From Nitrospiraceae bacterium (GTDB lineage Bacteria > Nitrospirota > Nitrospiria > Nitrospirales > UBA2166), in assembly GCA_002726235.1 (NCBI GenBank), contig PBSN01000008.1, forward strand, positions 290,550 through 322,634: DNA of 32,085 nt, in the 5' to 3' direction. A program made the translations under genes and the position numbers. Position 1 is the first letter of the stretch. Each line of letters begins with the position of its first letter. The notes beneath the pieces were generated by a model that made no database searches, had not been told where the DNA came from, and saw only the letters and a program-made list of their open reading frames with translations. Below, one piece after another: positions 18,193-27,114 of this stretch.

Positions 18193-18933
18193 ATGCTTGA
18201 TGGTCAAGTTGCATTAGTCACTGGTGGAGCGCAAGGAATTGGGAAGGCCATTGCGACTTCGTTAGCCCATAATGGAGTCAACGTCATCATTGGCGATTTA
18301 AATGCTCAAGCAGCTGAGTCCTCTGCGACTGAGATCGCTAAGGCTGGGATCCAATCTGCGGGGATTGCTCTCAATGTAGCAGATCTTGGGTCTGTCAAGT
18401 CGGCGATGGAGCATATACTTGGAACGTGGGGGAAGATCGACATTCTTGTCAATAATGCCGGCATTACCAAAGATGCTATTCTCTTGCGGTTGCACGAAGA
18501 TGCTTGGGACAAAGTTCTGAGTGTTAATCTTACCGGTGCCTTTTACTGTACAAAGGGGGTGTTGCCGGGTATGGTAAAGAATCGAAATGGGCGTATCGTA
18601 AACATTGCCTCGATCGTTGGAGCCATGGGGAACTTTGGTCAGGCAAACTATGCTGCCTCCAAAGGAGGGCTTATTGCATTTACAAAAGCCGTTGCTCGTG
18701 AGTACGCGCGCCGAGGGATTACATCGAATGCGGTTGCACCTGGGTTCATTGATACGGCGATGACTCAGGCGATGCCACCAGAGGATAGAGAATCTCTTGT
18801 CAAACAAATACCCTGCGAGCGATTGGGGACTCCGGAAGATGTTGCACATGCAGTGACATTTTTAGTTTCTAAAGAGGCGAGTTACATCACCGGTCAGGTT
18901 CTTCACGTGAACGGTGGCATGTTGATGACGTGA
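18193..18933 (+). CDS. fabG: 3-oxoacyl-ACP reductase
   Basis: TGGAQGIG, NNAGIT and GQANYAASK (YxxxK) motifs. Confidence 0.97.
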   Translation: MLDGQVALVTGGAQGIGKAIATSLAHNGVNVIIGDLNAQAAESSATEIAKAGIQSAGIALNVADLGSVKSAMEHILGTWGKIDILVNNAGITKDAILLRLHEDAWDKVLSVNLTGAFYCTKGVLPGMVKNRNGRIVNIASIVGAMGNFGQANYAASKGGLIAFTKAVAREYARRGITSNAVAPGFIDTAMTQAMPPEDRESLVKQIPCERLGTPEDVAHAVTFLVSKEASYITGQVLHVNGGMLMT

Positions 18934-18981
18934 ACATTACAAACACAATTGAACTCTATCGAGAGAAAGGAGGTGGCTCCC

Positions 18982-19230
18982 ATGGCGGCTGATATGACTG
19001 CTGACACGAGTAGCCGCGTGCGGAAGATTATTGTCGAGCAACTGGGGGTTGACGAGAAGGATGTCACTTCCGACGCTTCATTTGTCGATAATCTAGGTGC
19101 TGATTCGCTTGATACGGTTGAGCTCGTAATGGCGTTTGAGGAAGCCTTTGACGTTCAAATTCCAGATGAGGACGCAGGCAAGATACTTACGGTTCAGGAC
19201 GCAGTGGACTATATTCAGCAACGCTTGTAA
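18982..19230 (+). CDS. acpP: Acyl carrier protein
   Basis: [17 protein letters not shown] phosphopantetheine site. ATG 18982 follows SD AAGGAGGT. Confidence 0.97.
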   Translation: MAADMTADTSSRVRKIIVEQLGVDEKDVTSDASFVDNLGADSLDTVELVMAFEEAFDVQIPDEDAGKILTVQDAVDYIQQRL

Positions 19231-19526
19231 TTTTTAGCAAGGTGCTGAAAGAGTTCGCTAGTGGTGTTCTCGTTTCATTGCCTTCTACATGTTCTCTGCA
19301 TGCTCGTGCTGTCAACGGATCTGATGTTTGATGGCGGCCATTTTCGCATTCTGCAGTGTACTGGGTGGTAGTACGAGGCACCGTGATACACGTGGAATGT
19401 GAAACGGGTTGATTTTTTTCAACAGCTGGCAAAACTGTACAGGGTATTTTCCCACCTATGAATTCTATGGTCTCGTCACGCAATTATTATAGCGTTGTCA
19501 TTGCGGCAAATTGTTGAGGCGATGCC

Positions 19527-20804
19527 GTGAATCTTCCTAAAGAAGACTGGTACGGGGAGAATCAGCCAAGACGAAGAGTTGTTGTTACCGGAATTGGGCT
19601 TGTCACTCCTCTTGGTATTGGACTCGAGGCAACCTGGGCGGCTGTTTGTGAGGGACGCTCAGCTGTTCGAAGGATTACTAGGTTTGATCCGACAGACTAT
19701 CCATCTCAGATCGCCGCGGAAATCATAGATTTTGTTCCAACAGACTATGTGGACAAAAAAGATGTTAAGAAAATGGATTCATTTATCCAATATGCAGTTG
19801 CGGCGAGCCGCATGGCTGTGAATGATGCTCAGTTTTCTATCACGGCACATAATGCGGATCAAATTGGCGTGGTCATTGGATCAGGCATCGGTGGGATTCA
19901 TGGGATTGAACAGACACATACGATACTTCAAGAAAAGGGACCTTCTCGCGTTACACCTTTTTTTATTCCGATGGTTATTGGCAATATGGCCGCTGGTTTT
20001 GTCTCGATTTTTCTTGGCGCACGTGGCCCTAACTCAGGAACTGTTACTGCCTGTGCAACAGGAACACATTGTATCGGTGATGCCTATCGCATCATTCAGC
20101 GTGGCGAAGCCAACGCAATAATCGCTGGAGGAACAGAGGCAGCGGTTACGCCTCTTACGCTTGCTGGTTTTGCGGCGTCGCGTGCGCTCTCAAAGCGGAA
20201 TGATGCTCCTGAATCCGCAAGTCGTCCCTTCGATCAAGATCGAGACGGTTTTGTTGTTGGCGAGGGCGCAGGCATTTTGTTTCTCGAAGAACTTGAACAT
20301 GCCGTTAAGCGCGATGCAAAGATTTATGCGGAACTTGTTGGCTATGGTATGACAGCTGATGCATACCATATCACTGCGCCGCCGAATGATGCCAATGGTG
20401 CAGTCCGGTGTATGCAACAGACACTTCACGATTCTGCTTTATCCCCCTCAGATGTTGGATATATTAACGCCCATGCGACCTCGACGATGGCTGATAGGCT
20501 TGAGGCGCTTGCCATTACTCGTGTATTCGGAGAGGGAACTCCAGGTATTCCTGTGAGTGCGACGAAATCAATGACTGGACATCTTCTCGGGGCTTCAGGG
20601 GGAGTTGAAGCAGCCTTTACTGTTTTGGCAATACAGAGAGGAGTTCTGCCTCCAACAATTAACCTTGATAGCCCAGATTGCGAGTATCCGCTTGATCATA
20701 TTGCCAATACTGCTCGGCGGGTGCGCATTGATGTCGCTCTCTCGAACTCATTCGGATTTGGAGGAACAAATGCATCTCTCCTCTTCCGCCGATATGCATT
20801 CTAA
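19527..20804 (+). CDS. fabF: 3-oxoacyl-ACP synthase II
   Basis: RRVVVTG.G, TACATG, NAHATST, KSMTGHLLG and NSFGFGGTN motifs. Confidence 0.98.
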   Translation: MNLPKEDWYGENQPRRRVVVTGIGLVTPLGIGLEATWAAVCEGRSAVRRITRFDPTDYPSQIAAEIIDFVPTDYVDKKDVKKMDSFIQYAVAASRMAVNDAQFSITAHNADQIGVVIGSGIGGIHGIEQTHTILQEKGPSRVTPFFIPMVIGNMAAGFVSIFLGARGPNSGTVTACATGTHCIGDAYRIIQRGEANAIIAGGTEAAVTPLTLAGFAASRALSKRNDAPESASRPFDQDRDGFVVGEGAGILFLEELEHAVKRDAKIYAELVGYGMTADAYHITAPPNDANGAVRCMQQTLHDSALSPSDVGYINAHATSTMADRLEALAITRVFGEGTPGIPVSATKSMTGHLLGASGGVEAAFTVLAIQRGVLPPTINLDSPDCEYPLDHIANTARRVRIDVALSNSFGFGGTNASLLFRRYAF

Positions 20805-21522
20805 ACACCTTCCGATGTCAAGAACTTCTGATGCGCTATATGAGTTGCAAACGACACTCGGCCATTCGTTTGTTCGCATTGAACTTCTTATTGAAGCGCT
20901 CACGCATTCATCTGCATTGAATGAATGGCGGGGGAATCATTCACATAACGAACGACTTGAATTTTTGGGGGATTCCGTTTTAGATCTGCTGATTAGTGAG
21001 TATCTTATGAGCGAGTTTCAAGAGGTCGATGAGGGTATTCTCTCAAAGATGAAAGCACGATTGGTGGGTAAGGACACTCTTGCTGCACTATCGAGGAGTC
21101 TTTCTCTAGGCTCTTATCTTTTTCTGGGGCGAGGGGAGGAGTTGAATGATGGACGTCAGAATCCCTCCATCCTGGCTGATACGCTTGAAGCAGTTATTGC
21201 TGCGGTCTACCTTGACGGAGGCCTCTCATCGGCACGTCGATTGGTGTTGAACGTCTATCGGGAAAAGTTTAATCTCCTCAATTCAAATGGTCAGAAAACG
21301 GATGATAAAAGCCAGCTCCAAGAACTTTGCCAGCGGCGATTTGGCTTTCTTCCTGTGTATCATCTCAGCCATACGTCTGGTCCTGATCACCATCGAACAT
21401 TTGAGGTGGAGGTTCATCTTGGAAATGATCAATATGGGGCTGGGGCTGGAAGAACGAAGAAGAAAGCTGAGCAGGAGGCAGCAAAGCAGGCTTTAGTCCG
21501 ACTACAGGAAATACAAGCATAA
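20794..21522 (+). CDS. rnc: Ribonuclease III
   Basis: [27 protein letters not shown] and a C-terminal dsRBD (K..LQE..Q, GPDH, KK.AEQ.AA). Real start is ATG 20794 or 20815; the ORF track start at 20605 overextends into fabF. Confidence 0.97.
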   Translation: MHSKHLPMSRTSDALYELQTTLGHSFVRIELLIEALTHSSALNEWRGNHSHNERLEFLGDSVLDLLISEYLMSEFQEVDEGILSKMKARLVGKDTLAALSRSLSLGSYLFLGRGEELNDGRQNPSILADTLEAVIAAVYLDGGLSSARRLVLNVYREKFNLLNSNGQKTDDKSQLQELCQRRFGFLPVYHLSHTSGPDHHRTFEVEVHLGNDQYGAGAGRTKKKAEQEAAKQALVRLQEIQA

Positions 21523-21544
21523 CCAGCAAAAGGAGGCTCGTGCA

Positions 21545-22105
21545 ATGATGTTTCGACTGCTTGGGGTAGTTGTGGGTGGACTGATGTTATCAGGTGTAGC
21601 CGTGTCACAGGTCGAAGCTGGTGAGAAGTCTCCACGAGTCATTATCGATACGAAATTTGGATCTATTGAAATCACTTTTTTCCCCAAAAAAGCTCCAAAT
21701 CATGTCGAAAATTTTTTGAAATTGGCTAGATCTGGATTTTATAATGGGACCATTTTTCATCGAATTATTCCAGGGTTTATGATCCAAGGGGGAGATCCCA
21801 ACACCAAAGATGACGATGTCTCTACGTACGGAACAGGCGGGCCTGGATATACCATCAAGGCAGAGTTTAATAATCGTTCCCATGGCAGAGGCATTCTATC
21901 AATGGCACGCTCACAGGACCCTGACAGTGCTGGATCTCAATTCTACATTGTTGTTGCTGCATCCAATTTCCTTGATGGACAATATACCGTGTTTGGAAAA
22001 GTGGTTAAGGGGATGGATGTTGTTGACGCGATTGTTTCACAAGACCGTGATTCTCGCGACTTACCAACCCAACGTATCGAAATGATGGTTAGGGTTGAGG
22101 AGTGA
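21545..22105 (+). CDS. Cyclophilin-type peptidyl-prolyl cis-trans isomerase, exported
   Basis: [33 protein letters not shown] and LDGQYTVFG motifs. Signal peptide and SD AAGGAGG. Confidence 0.95.
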   Translation: MMFRLLGVVVGGLMLSGVAVSQVEAGEKSPRVIIDTKFGSIEITFFPKKAPNHVENFLKLARSGFYNGTIFHRIIPGFMIQGGDPNTKDDDVSTYGTGGPGYTIKAEFNNRSHGRGILSMARSQDPDSAGSQFYIVVAASNFLDGQYTVFGKVVKGMDVVDAIVSQDRDSRDLPTQRIEMMVRVEE

Positions 22106-22124
22106 GAAGTTGCTGGTTTGCTTT

Positions 22125-23300
22125 CTAGGGATTAACCAGTTGCTTAAGTTTGTCCAAAGGAATAGCTTCGGCACGGTGCCCGTCGCGACCAATCGTGGTT
22201 GTCGCCATAGCAAGAGCGTTCAGAATTGCTTCTTCGGTTGCTTCAACCACTGCACTGAAAATTGGATTGAGATAAATGTCGGAGATGATCGTCATTGAGT
22301 AGGTTCGCTCAACTGGATAATGGGGGATAGTGTTCCCAGTAGAGAACGCAAGAATAAAATCTCCGCTACCGTGGCGGCCAATCGTTCCGGTTCGCGCTAG
22401 CCCGAATGTTGCTCGTTTTGCAACGCGTTTGAGTTGACGACTTGTTAATGGAGCGTTGGTGGCGATGATAATAATAATTGATCCTTCAGTTGTCTGTGGA
22501 GAAGATTCGGGTTTCGAAAAGTGGTGTGCCATAGGACGACCGAGAATGGTGAGTTGATCTCGTCGTCCATGGTTTGCGTTGACAAGCACTCCAACGACAT
22601 AACCTCCGTCCGATGATGGCAGGATACGTGACGAAGTCCCAATTCCACCCTTAAATCCATAACTCCTCATTCCAGTGCCTGCACCAACAGATCCCTGTTT
22701 AATATTTCCAGAACTCGCGCTTTCTAACGCAAGCATGACATCATGTTCTGTGACATGGCGTCCTTGGGCATCGTTGAGATAACTGTCATCGCATTCTGCG
22801 ACAAGGGGAGTTAATGTGTCATCGGTAATACCAATCGCGGGGTATTTTTTAAGCATCCAACTGATGATGCCATTGCCGACAAGTGGGGCGTTTAATGTAT
22901 TTGTGAGAGCGATAGGATATTCAAGAAATCCGGCCTCCTCAACCCAAGCAAGACCCGTCATTTCGCCCGTGCCATTGAGCACAAAAGATCCTGCAGGCAC
23001 TTTGTGATTCCATACATTGTCGCGAGGGATAATCACGGTTACTCCTGTCCGAACTGGACCTTGCCCTGGTACAAGCGGACCATGCCCTCTGTGTAGTGTT
23101 GTATGTCCTACACGAATGCCAGGAACATCGGTGATTGCGTTAAATGTGCCGGCTGGAATAGTGCCGATAGGAACGCCGAGTTCACGGAGCGATTGGCGAA
23201 TCTCAGGTGCAGTCTGGGATTGGGCAGTACCGAAGACGAATAGGATAGTGATAAACCAGAATCCCCCGCTGCACCACGCAATAAGGGGGATTGGGCACAT
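22125..23300 (-). CDS. P1/S58 family (DmpA-like) aminopeptidase with putative signal peptide
   Basis: NAITDVPGIRVGH, TGVT, NGTGEMTG, ECDD, GAGTGM..YGFKGGIG, autoprocessing site EG|SIII..ATNAPL and HGSGD. Confidence 0.92.
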   Translation of the reverse strand: MCPIPLIAWCSGGFWFITILFVFGTAQSQTAPEIRQSLRELGVPIGTIPAGTFNAITDVPGIRVGHTTLHRGHGPLVPGQGPVRTGVTVIIPRDNVWNHKVPAGSFVLNGTGEMTGLAWVEEAGFLEYPIALTNTLNAPLVGNGIISWMLKKYPAIGITDDTLTPLVAECDDSYLNDAQGRHVTEHDVMLALESASSGNIKQGSVGAGTGMRSYGFKGGIGTSSRILPSSDGGYVVGVLVNANHGRRDQLTILGRPMAHHFSKPESSPQTTEGSIIIIIATNAPLTSRQLKRVAKRATFGLARTGTIGRHGSGDFILAFSTGNTIPHYPVERTYSMTIISDIYLNPIFSAVVEATEEAILNALAMATTTIGRDGHRAEAIPLDKLKQLVNP

Positions 23301-23304
23301 GGAA

Positions 23305-23673
23305 TCAACTAGGTGAGGGTGCAGGAGTTGACTTTACGGTATCAATCATATGTGCAAATGCTTCAATATCATTCATTGCCATATCAGCAAGTACCTTCCG
23401 GTTTAATGTAAGCTTTGCACGTTTTAAGTGTGCAATTAACTCGCTGTACGTCAATCCATGCGCTCGTGTTGCTGCATTGATTCGCGCAATCCATAAACGC
23501 CTAAAATTTCGTTTTTTGATCCGACGATCTCTGTAGGCAAATCGTAATGCGCGGTCGACCGCTTCGGTTGCCTGACGATACAGTCGGCTTCGACCTCCGA
23601 AGTAGCCTTTGGCTAACTTCAGGCGCTTTTTCCTGCGAAGATGTGTCTTAGGTCCTCCTTTTACCCTCGGCAT
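23305..23673 (-). CDS. rplT: 50S ribosomal protein L20
   Basis: [30 protein letters not shown] and LNRKVLAD. Confidence 0.98.
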   Translation of the reverse strand: MPRVKGGPKTHLRRKKRLKLAKGYFGGRSRLYRQATEAVDRALRFAYRDRRIKKRNFRRLWIARINAATRAHGLTYSELIAHLKRAKLTLNRKVLADMAMNDIEAFAHMIDTVKSTPAPSPS

Positions 23674-23719
23674 GATGCACTCCTTATAGCATAGTGAAAT
23701 GAATGCGTGCGAACGTCAT

Positions 23720-23923
23720 TTATTTCGTAGGAAGTAATCGATTAAACATGCGATTGACAGTTGCGTCCACTACTGCTGCCCCTTTTAGATTGCGCTTTTG
23801 CCCTCGCGATTTCGTGGTGAGAAGATGACGAAGCGACGCTTTTCGGCGCAGATATTTTCCCGATCCAGTAACTTTCACTCGCTTTGCCGTACCACGATGA
23901 GTTTTTAGCTTTAACCCTGCCAT
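23720..23923 (-). CDS. rpmI: 50S ribosomal protein L35
   Basis: KLKTHRG.AKR.K.TGSGK and RHLLT.KS. Position between infC and rplT. Confidence 0.97.
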   Translation of the reverse strand: MAGLKLKTHRGTAKRVKVTGSGKYLRRKASLRHLLTTKSRGQKRNLKGAAVVDATVNRMFNRLLPTK

Positions 23924-23943
23924 TATTCTCCTCGCTATCGTGT

Positions 23944-24456
23944 TTATGATGATTTTGGTGAAAGGAGCATGACCATGAAACGGCCTTCAATCCGATAAGG
24001 TTGCTCCACTTGGCCGTGATCAGCAATGCCCTGAACAATCAGATCCATCAGTAGCTTTCCACGTTCTGCATGTTCCATTTCGCGTCCTCGGAATACGAGA
24101 ATGACCTTTGTTTTATGCCCATGATCCAAGAAAGAGTTAATATGCTTGATCTTTGTATTCAAGTCATGGATCCCGGTTCGAAGTCGTATTTTTGCCTCCT
24201 TGACTTGTGTTGATTTTTGATGAGATCTGTTTGCATGTTCCTTTTTATTGGTCTCATACATATACTTTCCATAATCCATAATCCGGCAGACCGGCGGATG
24301 AGCCATTGGCGCCACCTCCACCAAGTCGTATCCTCCGTCAAGCGCCTGCCGAATTGCATTGGCGGTCTGTAAGATACCAAGTTGATCGCCCTCTGGTCCA
24401 ATGACGCGAACTTCAGCCGTTCGGATTCGTTGATTAACACGAAGTTTCTGAACGAT
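23944..24456 (-). CDS. infC: Translation initiation factor IF-3, ATC start codon
   Basis: The frame extends upstream of the track start (24324): (I)VQKLRVNQRIRTAEVRVIGPEGDQLG...DLVEVAP..PPVCRIMDYGKY...FRGRE. SD GGAGGTG lies 4 nt before ATC at 24456. Confidence 0.95.
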   Translation of the reverse strand: MVQKLRVNQRIRTAEVRVIGPEGDQLGILQTANAIRQALDGGYDLVEVAPMAHPPVCRIMDYGKYMYETNKKEHANRSHQKSTQVKEAKIRLRTGIHDLNTKIKHINSFLDHGHKTKVILVFRGREMEHAERGKLLMDLIVQGIADHGQVEQPYRIEGRFMVMLLSPKSS

Positions 24457-24484
24457 AGGCCACCTCCCTAAATTCTACGTTATC

Positions 24485-26431
24485 TCATGATTGAGTGGGT
24501 GCAGGAGATGCGGAAGAGTATTCCAATATCTCTGCAGTTAACATCTTAATAAATGGGACAAGCTTCATTGTACCCGCTTGCCCTTCTTTTCGTTTTCGAA
24601 CTGATACAGTGCTTGCTGCCACTTCCTTATCTCCAACAATGATCATATATGGGACTTTTGCCGTTTCCGCCTCGCGGATCTTAAGATTTATTTTTTCGGA
24701 TCTCAGATCTGCTTCTGCACGAAAGCCATGTTGCTTTAATTCTACGATGATGTTGCTCGCATAAGAGGATTGGGTTTCGCCTAGGGTCAACACCTTGACT
24801 TGAACTGGAGCAAGCCAGGCTGGAAACGCACCATCAAAATGTTCAATGAGAACACCAATAAATCGCTCGAGGGAGCCAAAGATTGCTCGGTGAATCATAA
24901 TCGGTTGATGAGGTTTTCCATCGGGGCCGGTAAATGCCAATTCAAAACGCTGAGGAAGGTTAAAGTCTAGCTGAATGGTAGAACATTGCCATGAGCGTTC
25001 CAACACATCGCGAATTTGTATGTCAATCTTTGGTCCGTAGAATGCTCCTTCTCCGGGATCGATCGTATAGGAAACCTTTAGGGCATGTAAAGCGGATTTG
25101 AGTGCATCTGTAGCATGCTGCCAATCTTCAGCTGAACCTACAGCATGGTCGGGGCGGGTTGAGAGAAATATTTCAAAGTCTTCAAAGCCAAAACGCCGTA
25201 GCGTTGAAAAAGTGAACTTAAGGATGTCAGCAACTTCTTCGGCTAGTTGCTCAGGACGGCAGAAAATATGGGCATCATCTTGAGTAAAGCCTCGAACACG
25301 CTTTAGCCCCTCAAGAACCCCGGAAAGTTCACGACGGTAGACGGTACCGAGTTCGGCCCAACGCAAGGGAAGGTCACGATAGCTTCGTAAACGTGATTTG
25401 TAGATCACAATATGGAACGGACAGTTCATCGGTTTCAGTTGGTAGGGGTTGTCCTCTGCCGAGATCGGTGAAAACATGCTTTCGTGATAGAAGTCAAGAT
25501 GTCCGCTCTGCTTCCAGAGATCGAGGCGGGCAATGTGTGGGGAATAGACAAGCTCGTATCCGCGTTCAATATGTTGCTCGCGCCAAAATGTTTCAATAAG
25601 ATGTCTGACCATTGCACCTTTCGGGTGCCACAAAATAAGTCCTGAGCCTGTTTCCTCACTGACGGAGAAGAGATCAAGCTCTTTTCCAATCTTTCTATGG
25701 TCTCGACGTTTAGCTTCTTCGAGCAGGAGGAGATGTTGATCAAGTTCTTCCTGTGTCGGAAATGAAATTCCGTATATTCTTTGGAGCATGGGATTCTGCT
25801 TGTCTCCACGCCAATAAGCTCCTGCCACGGACAACACCTTGAATGCTCCGATTTGTCCCGTCGACGTCATGTGTGGCCCACGACAGAGATCAATGAAATT
25901 TCCTTGCCTATACATGGATACGGATGGATCGGCAATGGCCTTAATAATCTCAACCTTATACGACTCATCGCGTTCCTGGAATAATGGTATAGCGCCTTCT
26001 TGGGAGGACTCTATGCGTTCAAGGGGATAATCCGCTTTCACGATCGAATGCACTTCCTCTTCTATCCGATTGAGATCCTCGGGAGTGAAGGCTCGGTCAA
26101 ATCCAAAATCATAGTAAAACCCAGCATCAATGGGGGGGCCAATAGCTAATTTTGCTAGAGGGAAGACAGTTTGTACCGCTTGAGCAAGAATATGAGCACT
26201 CGTATGCCAATACACTTCTTTTCCGAGTTTCGAATCAAAGGTGAGGGGTTTGAGTGAGACATTTGATGTTAGTACGGTTGAAAGATCAACCGCGATACCA
26301 TCGGCTTCTGCAGCCAAAAGTGTGCGGTTGTTTGGGAGGGTGTAGCCCGCTATGGCTTCAAACGCAGTAACCCCAGATTCGTACGAGCGGCGAGATTTAT
26401 CTGGGTATGTTACTTCAATCATATTAGCCAT
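24485..26431 (-). CDS. thrS: Threonine--tRNA ligase
   Basis: TGS domain, HTSAH, GFYYD, DLCRGPH, RDHRK.G, KPMNCP, RVRGFTQDDAH and HRAIFGSLERF. Confidence 0.99.
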   Translation of the reverse strand: MANMIEVTYPDKSRRSYESGVTAFEAIAGYTLPNNRTLLAAEADGIAVDLSTVLTSNVSLKPLTFDSKLGKEVYWHTSAHILAQAVQTVFPLAKLAIGPPIDAGFYYDFGFDRAFTPEDLNRIEEEVHSIVKADYPLERIESSQEGAIPLFQERDESYKVEIIKAIADPSVSMYRQGNFIDLCRGPHMTSTGQIGAFKVLSVAGAYWRGDKQNPMLQRIYGISFPTQEELDQHLLLLEEAKRRDHRKIGKELDLFSVSEETGSGLILWHPKGAMVRHLIETFWREQHIERGYELVYSPHIARLDLWKQSGHLDFYHESMFSPISAEDNPYQLKPMNCPFHIVIYKSRLRSYRDLPLRWAELGTVYRRELSGVLEGLKRVRGFTQDDAHIFCRPEQLAEEVADILKFTFSTLRRFGFEDFEIFLSTRPDHAVGSAEDWQHATDALKSALHALKVSYTIDPGEGAFYGPKIDIQIRDVLERSWQCSTIQLDFNLPQRFELAFTGPDGKPHQPIMIHRAIFGSLERFIGVLIEHFDGAFPAWLAPVQVKVLTLGETQSSYASNIIVELKQHGFRAEADLRSEKINLKIREAETAKVPYMIIVGDKEVAASTVSVRKRKEGQAGTMKLVPFIKMLTAEILEYSSASPAPTQS

Positions 26432-26468
26432 TATTGTGAGCGAGGCGGGTGAGTTTTCGAGAAGACAA

Positions 26469-26543
26469 TGGTAGGCGCGGGCGGTTTTGAACCGCCGACT
26501 TCTACCGTGTCAAGGTAGCGCTCTCCCCCTGAGCTACGCGCCT
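26469..26543 (-). tRNA. tRNA-Val (anticodon GAC), CCA encoded
   Basis: Cloverleaf AGGCGCG-TA-GCTC AGGGGGA GAGC-G-CTACC TT GAC AC GGTAG-AAGTC-GGCGG TTCAAAA CCGCC-CGCGCCT-A-CCA, 75 nt. Confidence 0.98.
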
Positions 26544-26612
26544 AAACCATGATGTTGTCGAGAAGAGCGGATGGAAGTCTTCGTTGTCATGTTGTGCAAA
26601 AAGTACCACCGA

Positions 26613-26641
26613 AATATATCAGTCTAGCTCTGAGCGGTCAA
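26613..26641 (-). promoter_or_regulatory. Putative sigma70 promoter for tRNA-Val-thrS-infC-rpmI-rplT
   Basis: Minus strand TTGACC (26641-26636), 17 bp spacer, TATATT (26618-26613). Confidence 0.6.
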
Positions 26642-26759
26642 GGGGAAAGCCGTGCAGGCACGGAAATGGACGCAAATCAACGTGATAGCCAGTGCGGCCA
26701 GAGGTTTAACCCGATACAACGCTTACTATTGGTGATGGCTGCTAGCAGAGGTTTTTCCG

Positions 26760-27023
26760 TCAAGGATCGTTATCTGGAATTGTAGGACGATGGATTTGAA
26801 GATCTCGGATTTTTTTTCGAAGAGTATTTCGATTTAGTCCAAGGACGTGTGCGGTCTGCGCTTGGTTCCATTTCATTTCTGCAAGGATTTTTGTAATGAG
26901 AGTTTTTTCAACTGCACGGATGAGTAAGGGGTGAAGGTTTCGCGCTCCACACCGGGTCATACGATTGGCAAACTCTCCGACTTTAACTTCGAGCGATTCT
27001 TCGGGGTTTTCGTTTTGTTGCAT
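26760..27023 (-). CDS. Small stand-alone Fis-family helix-turn-helix protein
   Basis: L...VEK.LI..IL....WNQAQTAHVLGLNRNTLRKKI (HTH_8/Fis signature). Start is ATG 27023 or 27056. Confidence 0.88.
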   Translation of the reverse strand: MQQNENPEESLEVKVGEFANRMTRCGARNLHPLLIRAVEKTLITKILAEMKWNQAQTAHVLGLNRNTLRKKIRDLQIHRPTIPDNDP

Positions 27024-27114
27024 TGGATTTGAAGCCACGCCCAATGTTCCTTTCATCTCGAGAAAAAGTCAAGGGCAGGATTGGTCTCTTCGATATGGTT
27101 CATCCAATTAGGGG

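Noticed and set aside
19187..19483. 98-aa minus-strand ORF across the acpP-fabF spacer
   Set aside because: It is antisense to the operon, overlaps acpP, and has no SD or recognisable motif.
20605..20793. Long N-terminal extension of RNase III overlapping fabF
   Set aside because: Artefact of calling the first possible start. RNase III homology begins after the ATG at 20794/20815.
26432..26468. T-box or attenuator upstream of thrS
   Set aside because: Only 37 bp separate the tRNA from thrS, leaving no room and showing no T-box motif.
26469..26543. tRNA-Val as the integration site of an island or prophage
   Set aside because: No integrase, no duplicated tRNA 3' end, and both flanks are core genes.
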